Assembly: GCA_033763455.1 (NCBI GenBank)
Contig: JANRKO010000043.1
Location: 32,001-96,000 of the forward strand
Direction of reading: 5' to 3'
Length of the DNA: 64,000 bases
From: Polyangiaceae bacterium
Lineage (GTDB): Bacteria; Myxococcota_A; Polyangia; Polyangiales; Polyangiaceae
How positions within the stretch are numbered: the first letter of the stretch is position 1; each line of letters starts with the position of its first letter. Under the pieces are notes generated by a model, which was not told where the DNA came from, searched no databases, and worked only from the letters and a program-made list of their open reading frames with translations. Both the position numbers and the translations under genes were made by a program. Below, one piece after another: positions 1-9,358 of this stretch.

Positions 1-2
1 TG

Positions 3-347
3 TTAGCTGGTGCTGACATCTATCTGAGCACGGATACTTCGCGGCTGGCCTCGATGTTACCCGTGGTGGCGCAGCGGTATGGAGCTGTTCCGGTTGCTCT
101 GGCTACCCCGCGTACCGTCGACCAGGTGGTCGACACGGATGTTGACCTTCTCACGGGTACCGGCTTTCTGTACGACGAGGCCTCTCCAACGGCTCTGGTC
201 GGTGCGCTCGAACGTGCGCTTGGAGCGTTTGCGTCGCCCAAGTGGGCCACGCTGCGTCGCCGCGTCATGCGGCTGGATATCAGCTGGGATAGGCCGGTTC
301 GGCGCTACTTGCAGGTGTTTCGGCAGGCACTAGCGCCCCGGGCTTGA
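3..347 (+). CDS. Glycogen synthase-like GT-B protein, C-terminal part (5' end outside the window)
   Basis: Open frame from the window edge: LAGADIYLS...AQRYGAVPV...TGTGFLY...VMRLDISWD. This resembles the GlgA C-terminus, but the EPCGL motif is absent. Confidence 0.7.
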   Translation, partial: LAGADIYLSTDTSRLASMLPVVAQRYGAVPVALATPRTVDQVVDTDVDLLTGTGFLYDEASPTALVGALERALGAFASPKWATLRRRVMRLDISWDRPVRRYLQVFRQALAPRA

Positions 348-1161
348 TCCTTTTTTGCGCGCTGGCTAGCGCCCGCTCAATAATTGAGAACCAAAAAAGG
401 CGAATCCCGATCAAGATCAGGCAGAGCAGCTGTTGAAGCCCGAACGTAAGGCTCGGGTGCTCCGCAAAACCTCGTGACGCAAAAACGGCGGATGCTCCGA
501 CGAGGGAGATGCACAGACTGGCGAGAAGCGCCCAGGAGATAAGTAACTTCACCCCTTCGGAACGCAGGGCCCGAAGGCTCAGGCCAAACGCACCGGAGAA
601 GTGCGGCGACACTGCATCACGCACCAACGCCACACGGAGCACATCCTGGACACAGCCGACAATAGCGCCAAGGCCAAGGCCGGCAGCAACGAAGGAAAGT
701 GTGCGCAGATCGGCTTGCCGGACGTCAGCACTCGTCGCTCGAAACCACGCCTGAACCACGTAGACCCCGCCGAAGAGTAGTGCTTGGACGAGCGATGTTC
801 CCAGCCTAAGCAAAGCGAACCGCCACCAATGCTCCACGGCGCGGGTTGCTAAGGCGTTGGGCCCCAACTTTTGCTTCGAAGACGCAGCTAGGGCGAGCCC
901 TGCCGTCGGTACCAAGCTTACCAAGGCGACGCCAACGCCCAGCACCAGCGTCGGAAGGAGGAGGCTTTGGAAGTGCCCGAACCCCAGGCGCAGTGCCTCG
1001 AGGAAGTACGCGCCTCCTGCACTGAGCAGGCGCGCATCGCCGTCTGCAAATTGAGAAAACCCCTGGGCTTTTAGCCCCTGAGACCAGGGCCACGCCAACA
1101 CGAAGCCGAGAAACAACGTTACAAGCCAGTTGCCAAACACGGCCCACGTTTTGGTACTCAT
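280..1161 (-). CDS. Hypothetical multi-pass membrane protein
   Basis: About 6 hydrophobic segments. The ATG at 1161 overlaps the upstream stop (ATGA). Confidence 0.75.
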   Translation of the reverse strand: MSTKTWAVFGNWLVTLFLGFVLAWPWSQGLKAQGFSQFADGDARLLSAGGAYFLEALRLGFGHFQSLLLPTLVLGVGVALVSLVPTAGLALAASSKQKLGPNALATRAVEHWWRFALLRLGTSLVQALLFGGVYVVQAWFRATSADVRQADLRTLSFVAAGLGLGAIVGCVQDVLRVALVRDAVSPHFSGAFGLSLRALRSEGVKLLISWALLASLCISLVGASAVFASRGFAEHPSLTFGLQQLLCLILIGIRLFWFSIIERALASAQKRIKPGALVPAETPASSAEPAYPS

Positions 1162-3218
1162 GGTAGGGCCCCACTCACGAAAAGGTGCGCGAGCGAAGTC
1201 AGGATGTAAGAAATACGGCTTTCTCCCGCGGGGGTAACAGCTTTCGAATTGTTGAGCAGGTTTTGGTCCAGAGGGATCTTGAGATCCGGATCCACCTCCA
1301 CAGAAGCTAGCTCCGAAGGGCCGGTGTAATCGACAACGAAGCTCGCTCCCTGCCCATTCCACTTTCGTCGGAGCACAGCGCCAGACTTAAGGTGAAGTGC
1401 TATTTCGACAGGAATTTCCAGGTTTCCGCGCCGGTAGACGACTGCTCGCCCAAGCCAATCTTTGCTGCCGGAAGCTGCGGAAGCTCGACTGCTTTGGGGC
1501 CCACCTTCGGCGAACAAACCTAAGTCAGCCAACGATCGCCGACTCGCGACGCTTTCGACGCGATAGTCGACCCATCCGCGTTCGAATAGGCCAACCCGGA
1601 GTGCTCGGCCGAAGCTTGGTTCGAGCTCCTTTTCAAGGGTGGTTACGAAGTCATCGGGGGTGGGATGCCCGAACCGAAACTTCTCAGCATAGAGCTTGAG
1701 GGCCGCCCGAAACTTCTCAGGGCCGAATACGCGTTCTAGCGTCAAAAGGAGGGTTGCGGTTCGGGAATAAACGAGCCCCCCCATGGCGGAAAACCCCCTG
1801 AAACCGCGCGCGGGCTGGGCGACTACGTCGTCCCCACCGTACCAAGCGGCGTTTACTCGATGTAAAGCTGCAATGGAGATATCTAGCCCCGCGCCTCGGA
1901 ACGCGGACCCAACACCCAAAAGATCCTCAAGAACTCCGATCTCCGCATAACTGTTAACGCCTTCATCGAGAAACGGCGCTTCTGATTCATTGGACGCAAG
2001 CAGCCCATAGAACCATTGGTGCCCGAGTTCGTGCACCGTAACGGCTTCAATCGCATGACTGCCCAGGTAGGGTTCAAACCAAACTCCCCCGGTGGTGATC
2101 AAGCTGGGGTACTCCATCCCTCCGGCACCTTCGCCGGCTTCCGGTGGGTGCACTACCGTGAGCGTCGGGTAGGGGTAGGGGCCAAAACGTCTCGAAAAAT
2201 TAGGAAGAGCTTGGCGCACGGCCGAAAGTGACAGGAGGGCGTTCTCACGCTGCCACGCCGGAAAAAGCAGCTGCACGTGAACATCGCCTACCTTCTCGGA
2301 GATGCGCTCGAACTTGTCCCAAGCGGTAAACGCAAAATCATGGGCCCCCTTTAATGAAAAGTGGCTAGTTGTTGAGTTCTTCCGCTGCGTGGTTTCCACA
2401 AGCGAGCCTGTGGCACCAATCACGAACTCATTGGGCGCGGTGATCCGTACGTCATAGTCCCCGAAGTCTGCGTAAAATTCCGCGTTGGGGTGGAACGGAA
2501 AGTGCGCAAAAGTGCCGTCCAATTCGAGCTTGGCGAGTTTTGGGAACCATTGCCCCGCGAAGTGAAAACTCCCTGCGTATCCAGTGCGCTCCAATACAGG
2601 GGGTAGGTGTGAGGTGAATTCGAGCTCAAGCTCGAGGCTCTCACCCGGTTCGAGGGGAGCGGGCAATGGAACCGATATGTCGGTCGTGTCGTCGGGATCC
2701 GCTGGGCTGTGCTTGGCACTGTTGGCCCAGAGATTCTGTGTGCCAAATCGCGGAGATGTTAGCTTGTGTACTTCTATGTAGCCGTAGCTCGAAAGCGTTC
2801 GCCCGCTTCGACCAAGAGCGAATGGGTTTCGAAGAAAGAGTGAGCGGTTATTCTTGAAGGCGTTGAGGTAAAGATGGAACCACAGCTCGGTGAGGGCCCG
2901 CGTACTGCGATTGGTGAAGTGGATCGTGCCCGTGGCGTGGATAGTGTGTTTTCCCACATCGAGGTTGGCATCCAGGTTGTAGGAAGCCACCCGTAGAGGC
3001 GCTTCCAGAGCCATGGGGGTTTCGGGAGCGATGGGAGCAACGGGAGCGATGGGAACAACGGGAGTTGCCGGAGCGATGGGAGTTGCCGGAGCAAGCGGCC
3101 TCCCTTGACCGGAACCGGCCCAACCTAAGGCGAGCATCCCAAGGAGGATCAATATTCTCTGCCGAAACCTCTGCCGCTGCACCGAGCAGGCGTAGCGGCT
3201 TGCCGGTGGGCTTTGCAA
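1158..3218 (-). CDS. M1 family zinc aminopeptidase, secreted
   Basis: GAGGMEYP motif, HELGHQWF followed by FLDEG, YSRTA region, N-terminal signal-like segment. Start uncertain. Confidence 0.9.
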   Translation of the reverse strand: MQSPPASRYACSVQRQRFRQRILILLGMLALGWAGSGQGRPLAPATPIAPATPVVPIAPVAPIAPETPMALEAPLRVASYNLDANLDVGKHTIHATGTIHFTNRSTRALTELWFHLYLNAFKNNRSLFLRNPFALGRSGRTLSSYGYIEVHKLTSPRFGTQNLWANSAKHSPADPDDTTDISVPLPAPLEPGESLELELEFTSHLPPVLERTGYAGSFHFAGQWFPKLAKLELDGTFAHFPFHPNAEFYADFGDYDVRITAPNEFVIGATGSLVETTQRKNSTTSHFSLKGAHDFAFTAWDKFERISEKVGDVHVQLLFPAWQRENALLSLSAVRQALPNFSRRFGPYPYPTLTVVHPPEAGEGAGGMEYPSLITTGGVWFEPYLGSHAIEAVTVHELGHQWFYGLLASNESEAPFLDEGVNSYAEIGVLEDLLGVGSAFRGAGLDISIAALHRVNAAWYGGDDVVAQPARGFRGFSAMGGLVYSRTATLLLTLERVFGPEKFRAALKLYAEKFRFGHPTPDDFVTTLEKELEPSFGRALRVGLFERGWVDYRVESVASRRSLADLGLFAEGGPQSSRASAASGSKDWLGRAVVYRRGNLEIPVEIALHLKSGAVLRRKWNGQGASFVVDYTGPSELASVEVDPDLKIPLDQNLLNNSKAVTPAGESRISYILTSLAHLFVSGALP
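3020..3092 (-). repeat. Imperfect 9/18-bp coding tandem repeat (APATPIAPATPVVPIAPVAPIAP linker)
   Basis: Repeated gggagcgat / ggagttgcc units on the + strand. Confidence 0.7.
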
Positions 3219-3227
3219 GGGAGGCCC

Positions 3228-4028
3228 TTAGGAGGCCGGAGAAAGCAGGATGATTTGCTGTTCGAACAAGCCGTGCAGGATTCGCAGTGCATCTAGGTGT
3301 GGCATCCCGCTGATATCTAGGAGTTGTTCCAGGCTCAGGTTCCCATCTATGAGCGACAACAAGAAGCCTGCGCGATGGTCGAGCGATAGCCACCGAACTT
3401 GTGCTGGGTCCACGCGGAGCGCGACGACCTGAGAGAGAGCTCCCAGGCGGGCACTATACATTTGAATGAGAACGTTTTCGGAATGCCGAGCGTAGCGCGC
3501 AGCTTCTACATGCTCCGGCTCGGCGTCGAGGATGCCCGAAGCGAGGGTGAGAGCGCCCGTGAAATCCCCCATGGCAATCTTGTCCTTCACCACCCGGAGG
3601 GCGTCTTCAACGCTCGTGACCGGGGGAACGTCGGGAAGAGGCGCCATAGCGGGCTTGGCTGCTACCAAACTTGGCTTGCGAACCGCGTGCATATCCGCAA
3701 GCTCCAAGGCGGAGGTGCCCGGTCCATCTCCGAATTCAATCTGGACCATTCGAGGAAGCGTGATGCCCACGGCTTCAGGTGGGGGCAACGTTGAGGCCAG
3801 GGCGCTCCGCTCTGGCGGGTTACCCTGTAGAGCAGGCGTTTGCGCTCTAGGCGGTAACGTCGGCGCATCCGACGGGGGCGTGGTGACGGCGGGCGGCCAA
3901 GCAGAGTCGATCGACTCAAGCTCCTGAGAGTTGTGAGCTAGCGGCGGCTCCTTAACGCCCGGGAACTGACTAAGAGTGGGGCTCGGTGGTTTCGAACCTT
4001 CGCCCCGGTTGTCGTCGTTGCCAGTCAT
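3228..4028 (-). CDS. Hypothetical protein: Pro-rich N-terminus, TPR-like helix pair, C-terminal winged-helix-like domain
   Basis: 266-aa ORF directly downstream of dnaK. C-terminus LSLDHRAGFLLSLIDGNLSLEQLLDISG. Confidence 0.75.
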   Translation of the reverse strand: MTGNDDNRGEGSKPPSPTLSQFPGVKEPPLAHNSQELESIDSAWPPAVTTPPSDAPTLPPRAQTPALQGNPPERSALASTLPPPEAVGITLPRMVQIEFGDGPGTSALELADMHAVRKPSLVAAKPAMAPLPDVPPVTSVEDALRVVKDKIAMGDFTGALTLASGILDAEPEHVEAARYARHSENVLIQMYSARLGALSQVVALRVDPAQVRWLSLDHRAGFLLSLIDGNLSLEQLLDISGMPHLDALRILHGLFEQQIILLSPAS

Positions 4029-4056
4029 CAGCGGGTTGTGGCTCCGTTCGACTTCC

Positions 4057-5883
4057 CTATTCGGAGCGTGCGACTACGCCTTTGAACATGCGCTGGGTTC
4101 GAGCCAGCTGCTCCACCTGCTCCTTGAGCGCTACGGAATCCTTTTGAGTTATCGCGGTTCGCGTCTTGGCCACGACGGCGCGCGCCTTGGAGATGGCATC
4201 TCGCCCGAAATCCGCAGAGCCCACCACTCGCTCGATTTCAGGAAACATCTGCTCGACCTGCTCCATCAGGCTATCGGCTTCTTGACGCAACCCTTCGAAC
4301 TTTTCGTCTGTTCTTCGCTCGACCATGTATTGGTCGGCGTTGTTGAGCATGTGCTTAATTTCGTCCGGCGTGAGCCCGCTACTCGCTGTAACCTGAATCG
4401 ACTGCTCTTTTCCGTTCTCGAGATCTTTTGCCGAGACACTTACGATACCGTCCGTATTGATCTCGAAGGTAACTTCGATCTCAACTTCACCTTTCGGTGC
4501 CCGCCGCAGGCCAGTCAAGATGAACTCGCCCAAGAGCTCATTCTCCTTCGCCTTCGAGCTGTCCCCCTGCATCACGATGATCTTCACGGCCGTTTGGTGA
4601 TCTCGGCTGGTGGTGAAGATCTTGGCGCGTTGGGTGGGTACAGTGGTGTTGTGCGGGATGAGTTCCTCGAAGTTACTGCCAAACGTCATGATCCCGAGCG
4701 CGTGTGGCGTGACATCTAGCAGGATCATCTCCTGTCGATCTTCAACTAGCGCGGCCCCTTGAATCGCGGCTCCTAGGGCGACCACTTCATCTGGGTGTAC
4801 TCCGCGGTTAGGCGTGCGCTGGAAAAATGTAGTCACTGCCTCTTGGATTATCGGCGTGCGCGTCATGCCGCCCACCAGGATCACATCTTCCACCTCGCCA
4901 ACGCCGAGCTTGGCATCTGCCAGTGCCTGCCGACAAATATCCACTGTGCGTTCGACGAGATCTTCTACCAAGCGTTCGTACGTGGCGCGGTCCAGCGTGC
5001 GTTGAAGGTGCAGCGCTTCGTTGCGCCCAGTTGAGATAATGAAGGGCAGGTTGAGCTCGGTTTCCTGCATTTGGGAGAGCTCACACTTGGCTTTTTCCGC
5101 GGCATCACGCAGGCGCTGCAATGCCATGCGATCCTGGCGAAGGTCGATACCGGTTTCCTCTTTGAAGCCCTCCACCAACCAATCCATGATGCGTGCGTCA
5201 AAATCTTCCCCGCCGAGAAAGGTGTCGCCCGTGGTGCTTATCACCTTGAAAACACCGTGCGCGCCGATCTCCAGAATACTGATGTCGAAAGTTCCTCCGC
5301 CCAAGTCGTAGACTGCGATGGTGGTGTCGAGATCTTTTCCGTAGCCGAATGCCAAAGCAGCAGCAGTAGGCTCGTTGATGATGCGAATCACGTCCAAGCC
5401 AGCGATGGCCCCGGCGTCTTTGGTAGCTTGGCGTTGGTTGTCATTGAAGTAGGCGGGGACGGTGACGACGGCCTTCTTCACCGGTTCACCGAGGTAATCC
5501 TCCGCGATGAGCTTCATTTCCTGAAGCACCATCGAGCTCACCTCGGGTACCGAAAACACTTTATTACGCAGCTTGAGCCGAACGTCGTCGTGCGGACCCT
5601 CCACGATGGTGTAGCTGCACGTCATGATGGCGTTCTCTACCTGCGGAGATTTCCACTTCCGCCCGATCAGGCGCTTGGCCGCGTAGACGGTGTTTTCGGC
5701 GTTGGTGATGGATTGGCGTTTTGCGATGTGCCCCACTAGGCGTTTGCCAGCTTCCGTGACGGCCACGATGCTCGGTGTGGTCTTGTATCCACCCCGATTG
5801 GAAATAACAGTCGGGGTATCCCCCTCCAAGATGGCGACACACGAGTTGGTGGTCCCAAGATCAATTCCGATGACACGCTCCAT
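4057..5883 (-). CDS. dnaK: Hsp70/DnaK family chaperone (paralog)
   Basis: IGIDLGTTNS, TVPAYFND, NEPTAAAL, DLGGGTFD and LLDVTP linker. AGAGAAGAG precedes the ATG at 5883. Confidence 0.95.
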   Translation of the reverse strand: MERVIGIDLGTTNSCVAILEGDTPTVISNRGGYKTTPSIVAVTEAGKRLVGHIAKRQSITNAENTVYAAKRLIGRKWKSPQVENAIMTCSYTIVEGPHDDVRLKLRNKVFSVPEVSSMVLQEMKLIAEDYLGEPVKKAVVTVPAYFNDNQRQATKDAGAIAGLDVIRIINEPTAAALAFGYGKDLDTTIAVYDLGGGTFDISILEIGAHGVFKVISTTGDTFLGGEDFDARIMDWLVEGFKEETGIDLRQDRMALQRLRDAAEKAKCELSQMQETELNLPFIISTGRNEALHLQRTLDRATYERLVEDLVERTVDICRQALADAKLGVGEVEDVILVGGMTRTPIIQEAVTTFFQRTPNRGVHPDEVVALGAAIQGAALVEDRQEMILLDVTPHALGIMTFGSNFEELIPHNTTVPTQRAKIFTTSRDHQTAVKIIVMQGDSSKAKENELLGEFILTGLRRAPKGEVEIEVTFEINTDGIVSVSAKDLENGKEQSIQVTASSGLTPDEIKHMLNNADQYMVERRTDEKFEGLRQEADSLMEQVEQMFPEIERVVGSADFGRDAISKARAVVAKTRTAITQKDSVALKEQVEQLARTQRMFKGVVARSE

Positions 5884-5920
5884 TGGTTCTCTTCTCTCGT
5901 AAGCGCAAAAAGGGGGCTGC

Positions 5921-7429
5921 CTAAAGCTCACCATGCTTCGCGCGCTTCAGCCAGTCCTTGATTTCTGGCCCTTCCGGATTCATGGCTTCTATGCGCTCGA
6001 TTTCGGCCAATGCGCTGCTTTTTAGCCCGGCTCCCAGGTAGGCCTGGATCAAGGTTTGACGGTAGCGGACGCTCCCAGGCTCTGCGCGCACCGCCTTTCG
6101 CCCGAATTCGACCGCTGTGTGGAGCTCATTGCCGGCCCTGAGCGCGCACTGCGCGACCTTATCGAACAGCTTGGCCTCTGGTTTGCCGCGGGCGGCCTTC
6201 TCGTATGACCGCGTTGCATCCAAGAACCTCCCCGTGCGCTCTTCGTAGGCGCCTTGCGCCAAATAGGTGTCAGAAAGTTCGGCGTGAGCCTGCTGCTCTG
6301 CTTCCTCGAGGCGGGCTCGGAGCGCAGGGTCATTGCCGGAGAGCTGGACCGCTAGCCGCAGAGTTGTGGTCGCGCTGACGAATTTTCTTGCCGCAAGTGC
6401 TTCGTCCGCCATCTTCACGTACTGGTCGATCTGCTGCTGCCGCGCTTGATTCACACGCCCCTCGTGGCGCGCACGAAGGCTAAGGAGTGCTTGACGTTTC
6501 TGCTCCTCTGCTGAGAGCGGTTCCGCCCGCGGGCGGGCAGCAGCCCCACGGCTTACCGCTCTCAGCTTACGAGATATGGCGCGACGGCGGGCGTCGGGAT
6601 CGGGCGCCATATCGTACTCTGGCGTTGATCGAACGCCTAAGTCTGGACTGTCAGTTGCAGAAGCTCCGTCGTCCCGAAGTGCCCTCACTTGCAGCTCGCG
6701 GAGTGTGGCCTCCAGTTGATCGCCCCGCTCGCTTTCTTCGATGGCGCGCTCCAACTCGCGAGTCATCGTCTGCGCTGCCAAATATTCGTCATATTCGGCG
6801 CGCGAAGCGGCTCGCGTCAGGACATCATGCGCCTCGGTAATGCGAGCGAATACTCGCTCGAGCTTAGACTTGAAGCTGCCGAGGTTCTTACCGAAGTAGC
6901 GATCGGGATGAAAGACATTCACCGCGTCGAAGTAGGCGGCTTTGATGGCTTTGCGATCGGCGTCGCGCGCTAGTTCGAAAATCTGATAGTGAGTTAACGT
7001 ATCAAGTTTGTAAAAGACGTCGAGGATCCTGCGGCGTCGCTCGACGACGAGATCCACCGGCTCGTCTAGCTCGGAGGGATCGTAGAGGGCTGAAGGCTGG
7101 GCGGGCGAAGGAGGCGCCTTGACCGCTTCTACGATGGTTCGGTTCGGGCGGTGAAGGCCGGTTGGTGCGGGGTGTGGCCGGGGCTGAAGCGGCTCGCGCG
7201 TGGGCTCGTTCAAGAATTGAATGGCTCCAAGCTTATTCAGCCGGCCAAGGATTTCTTCGATGCGTGCTTCGTCGAGGCCCGTTGCGGCGCAAAGGTCAGA
7301 CTCACGGGTAGAGCCGTCGACTCGGGAGAGCACAAATGCTTCTTCGGGACCAATCGGCAGCGCGCGAATGTCAGCTCCTTCCACCAAGGAGGGAACCCGA
7401 ATTACTTGGGTTGGGTCGAAGGAACTCAC
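5921..7429 (-). CDS. J-domain co-chaperone with N-terminal winged-helix-like domain and C-terminal TPRs
   Basis: THYQIFEL...FHPDRY...ITEAHDVL J-domain with HPD motif; helical repeats. GTG start inferred. Confidence 0.85.
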   Translation of the reverse strand: MSSFDPTQVIRVPSLVEGADIRALPIGPEEAFVLSRVDGSTRESDLCAATGLDEARIEEILGRLNKLGAIQFLNEPTREPLQPRPHPAPTGLHRPNRTIVEAVKAPPSPAQPSALYDPSELDEPVDLVVERRRRILDVFYKLDTLTHYQIFELARDADRKAIKAAYFDAVNVFHPDRYFGKNLGSFKSKLERVFARITEAHDVLTRAASRAEYDEYLAAQTMTRELERAIEESERGDQLEATLRELQVRALRDDGASATDSPDLGVRSTPEYDMAPDPDARRRAISRKLRAVSRGAAARPRAEPLSAEEQKRQALLSLRARHEGRVNQARQQQIDQYVKMADEALAARKFVSATTTLRLAVQLSGNDPALRARLEEAEQQAHAELSDTYLAQGAYEERTGRFLDATRSYEKAARGKPEAKLFDKVAQCALRAGNELHTAVEFGRKAVRAEPGSVRYRQTLIQAYLGAGLKSSALAEIERIEAMNPEGPEIKDWLKRAKHGEL

Positions 7430-7492
7430 GCGTGCACAAACCCCACGAAATGACGCTTGAGTGTAACCGGTTCCGTTGAGGCCCCGCAACGC

Positions 7493-8077
7493 TCAAGGAG
7501 CACTCTTGCTCCTCGGCTCAGCGGCTGCCTTATGAGCTTGTTCGATAACGGCGGCCTGGATCCGCATCGAGCGTTCCAGCGCAGAGATGGCGCGTTGCTT
7601 GGCTGCGAGCGCCCCGGCCTGGTCGCCTTTGGATTGCAAGGCTGCTGCGCGGGCCTCCTCGTTCAGGCCTCGTACTTCGAACAGGTAACCCTCGAAGTAG
7701 CTATCATGGGGGGCGTGAGCGAGCCCTTGCTCCAGGGCCCGATCGGCGTCGTCGAATGCTCCGCGCTTCGACTGGAGGTGGGCGATACGGCCCAACGTAT
7801 CGGCGAGCACTTCGCGTGTTTCCGGTGCGAGCTGCCCTGGGGATGGTAGGGGCCCACGGACGACAGCCTGTAGCGAATCGACCGCTTGCCCCAATGCTCC
7901 TCTTTGCTCCGCCTGATCGGCCAAGTGGTGAGCCGCACGTGTTCGACTGAGGAATGCAACGAGAGCGCTATCTACAGGCCGCGCACTACTTTGGCCGCAC
8001 TCATCATTCCGCTCCTTTGAGCAACCGATGCACAGGATCCAGAAGGCTGTAAACAGCCAAGCAATGGCTCGCTTCAC
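7493..8077 (-). CDS. Lipoprotein with TPR-like helices
   Basis: Lipobox CIGC. GTG start overlaps the upstream stop (GTGA). Confidence 0.7.
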   Translation of the reverse strand: MKRAIAWLFTAFWILCIGCSKERNDECGQSSARPVDSALVAFLSRTRAAHHLADQAEQRGALGQAVDSLQAVVRGPLPSPGQLAPETREVLADTLGRIAHLQSKRGAFDDADRALEQGLAHAPHDSYFEGYLFEVRGLNEEARAAALQSKGDQAGALAAKQRAISALERSMRIQAAVIEQAHKAAAEPRSKSAP

Positions 8078-8652
8078 TTGATGCCCCACTGAGCGTAGCG
8101 ATTGTTGCGAAGATCTTGCGTGCGAAGTTCGGCAACGCGATCCATCCTGGCCGAGGTCGCTTCAAGGGCTAGCGGTCCGCTGAGCAGCGTTTGGGTGGAG
8201 GTTTGAACTCGTAGGTTGCCGAAACTGGAGGCGGGCGAAGGTGCGCCGTTTTGGAACAGGAGGAACAGAGCGGCAGCGGCGGCAAGCCCGGTGACCAGCA
8301 ATGGCGCACGACTTCGCATGAACGACGGATGTTCGCGGAGGGCAGCAGCCACCAACCTTCGGTCGGTGAACTCATCTACCTTGGCGTTGTCAGATGGAAC
8401 CGTCGCCCGGAGCAGCTGAACGACCTCCAATAGAGCGTGCTTGCCCCCTGTTTCGAGGGCCTGCCTCAAAGCCTCTGCAGCTTCCAGCTCGCTCGCTGTG
8501 GGCTCATCCTCGACCCTGGTTGAGGCGAATGCGGCGTCGAAGGCACGCGCGACGAGCTCCGCGTTGCGCTCAGGTGAGAGCTCCGCCGGAACACTGGCGT
8601 GGCGCAGGAGAGTGCCGAGTTCGCTGGGATCAGATTTGCGTTCGGAACTCAT
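8074..8652 (-). CDS. Putative anti-sigma factor (single TM helix)
   Basis: ATGA-coupled to the ECF sigma gene. TM segment LLVTGLAAAAALFLLF. Confidence 0.6.
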   Translation of the reverse strand: MSSERKSDPSELGTLLRHASVPAELSPERNAELVARAFDAAFASTRVEDEPTASELEAAEALRQALETGGKHALLEVVQLLRATVPSDNAKVDEFTDRRLVAAALREHPSFMRSRAPLLVTGLAAAAALFLLFQNGAPSPASSFGNLRVQTSTQTLLSGPLALEATSARMDRVAELRTQDLRNNRYAQWGIK

Positions 8653-9236
8653 GCTGCCTCCTCCTCGCGCGCGAGCACCTTCTTGAGGGCGGAGAGTGCT
8701 CGGTGAAGCACAACATCGAGCGTTGAGACGCTCAAACCAAGCTCTTGTGCCAGCTCCTCGCGCCCTCGTTCCTCAAGGATGCGTGCGCGAATTACGTGAG
8801 CGTAGCGTGGGTTGAGGTCACTCAACGCCGTGTCCACTTTTGCCCGAGCCGCCAAAAGGTCGAGCCGCTCTAGGTCATCGCTCTGGGTCGGCTGGTCACG
8901 CTCAAGCTCACGCTCAAGATCTTCGGGCTCAAACAGGCGAAGGCGCTTATCGCGCCGCAGGTGGTCGAGCGCCACGTGGAACGCAATGGTGCGTAGCCAG
9001 GGGTAGATCCCCACATTTTGCCACTCGAATTGACTGAAGTTTTGCACAACTTTCACGTAAACCTGAGACAGAGCTTCTTCTGCATTCGCAGCGTTGCCCA
9101 GCCGGGGCAACAACACCGATCGATAAAGCCTGGGGCCGTGGGTGCGCAGCAAAGACCCTAGCGCCGCTCGGTCTCCACCGGCGGCCGCTTCACAGAGCCT
9201 CCGCTCCGCCTCCAGGCCAGTTAGGTCATCTTCCAA
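8649..9236 (-). CDS. ECF-type sigma-70 factor
   Basis: Region 2 (GDRAALGSL...AEEALSQVYVKV...PWLRTIA) and region 4 (EELAQELGLSVSTLDVVLHRAL). TTG start at 9236 is a guess. Confidence 0.88.
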   Translation of the reverse strand: MEDDLTGLEAERRLCEAAAGGDRAALGSLLRTHGPRLYRSVLLPRLGNAANAEEALSQVYVKVVQNFSQFEWQNVGIYPWLRTIAFHVALDHLRRDKRLRLFEPEDLERELERDQPTQSDDLERLDLLAARAKVDTALSDLNPRYAHVIRARILEERGREELAQELGLSVSTLDVVLHRALSALKKVLAREEEAA

Positions 9237-9358
9237 GTAATCCGCATACCAATGGAACGCACCACGAGGCCAGAAGTTACGCTGTAGTCCGGAAAAAGAC
9301 GTAGGCTTCTGGTAGGACTTGAAATGGTGCCCCAGGCAGGCCACATCCACCCCCAATT

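Noticed and set aside
3976..5739. Long + strand ORFs opposite dnaK
   Set aside because: Antisense shadow ORFs, a familiar artefact on the strand opposite hsp70 genes in GC-rich DNA.
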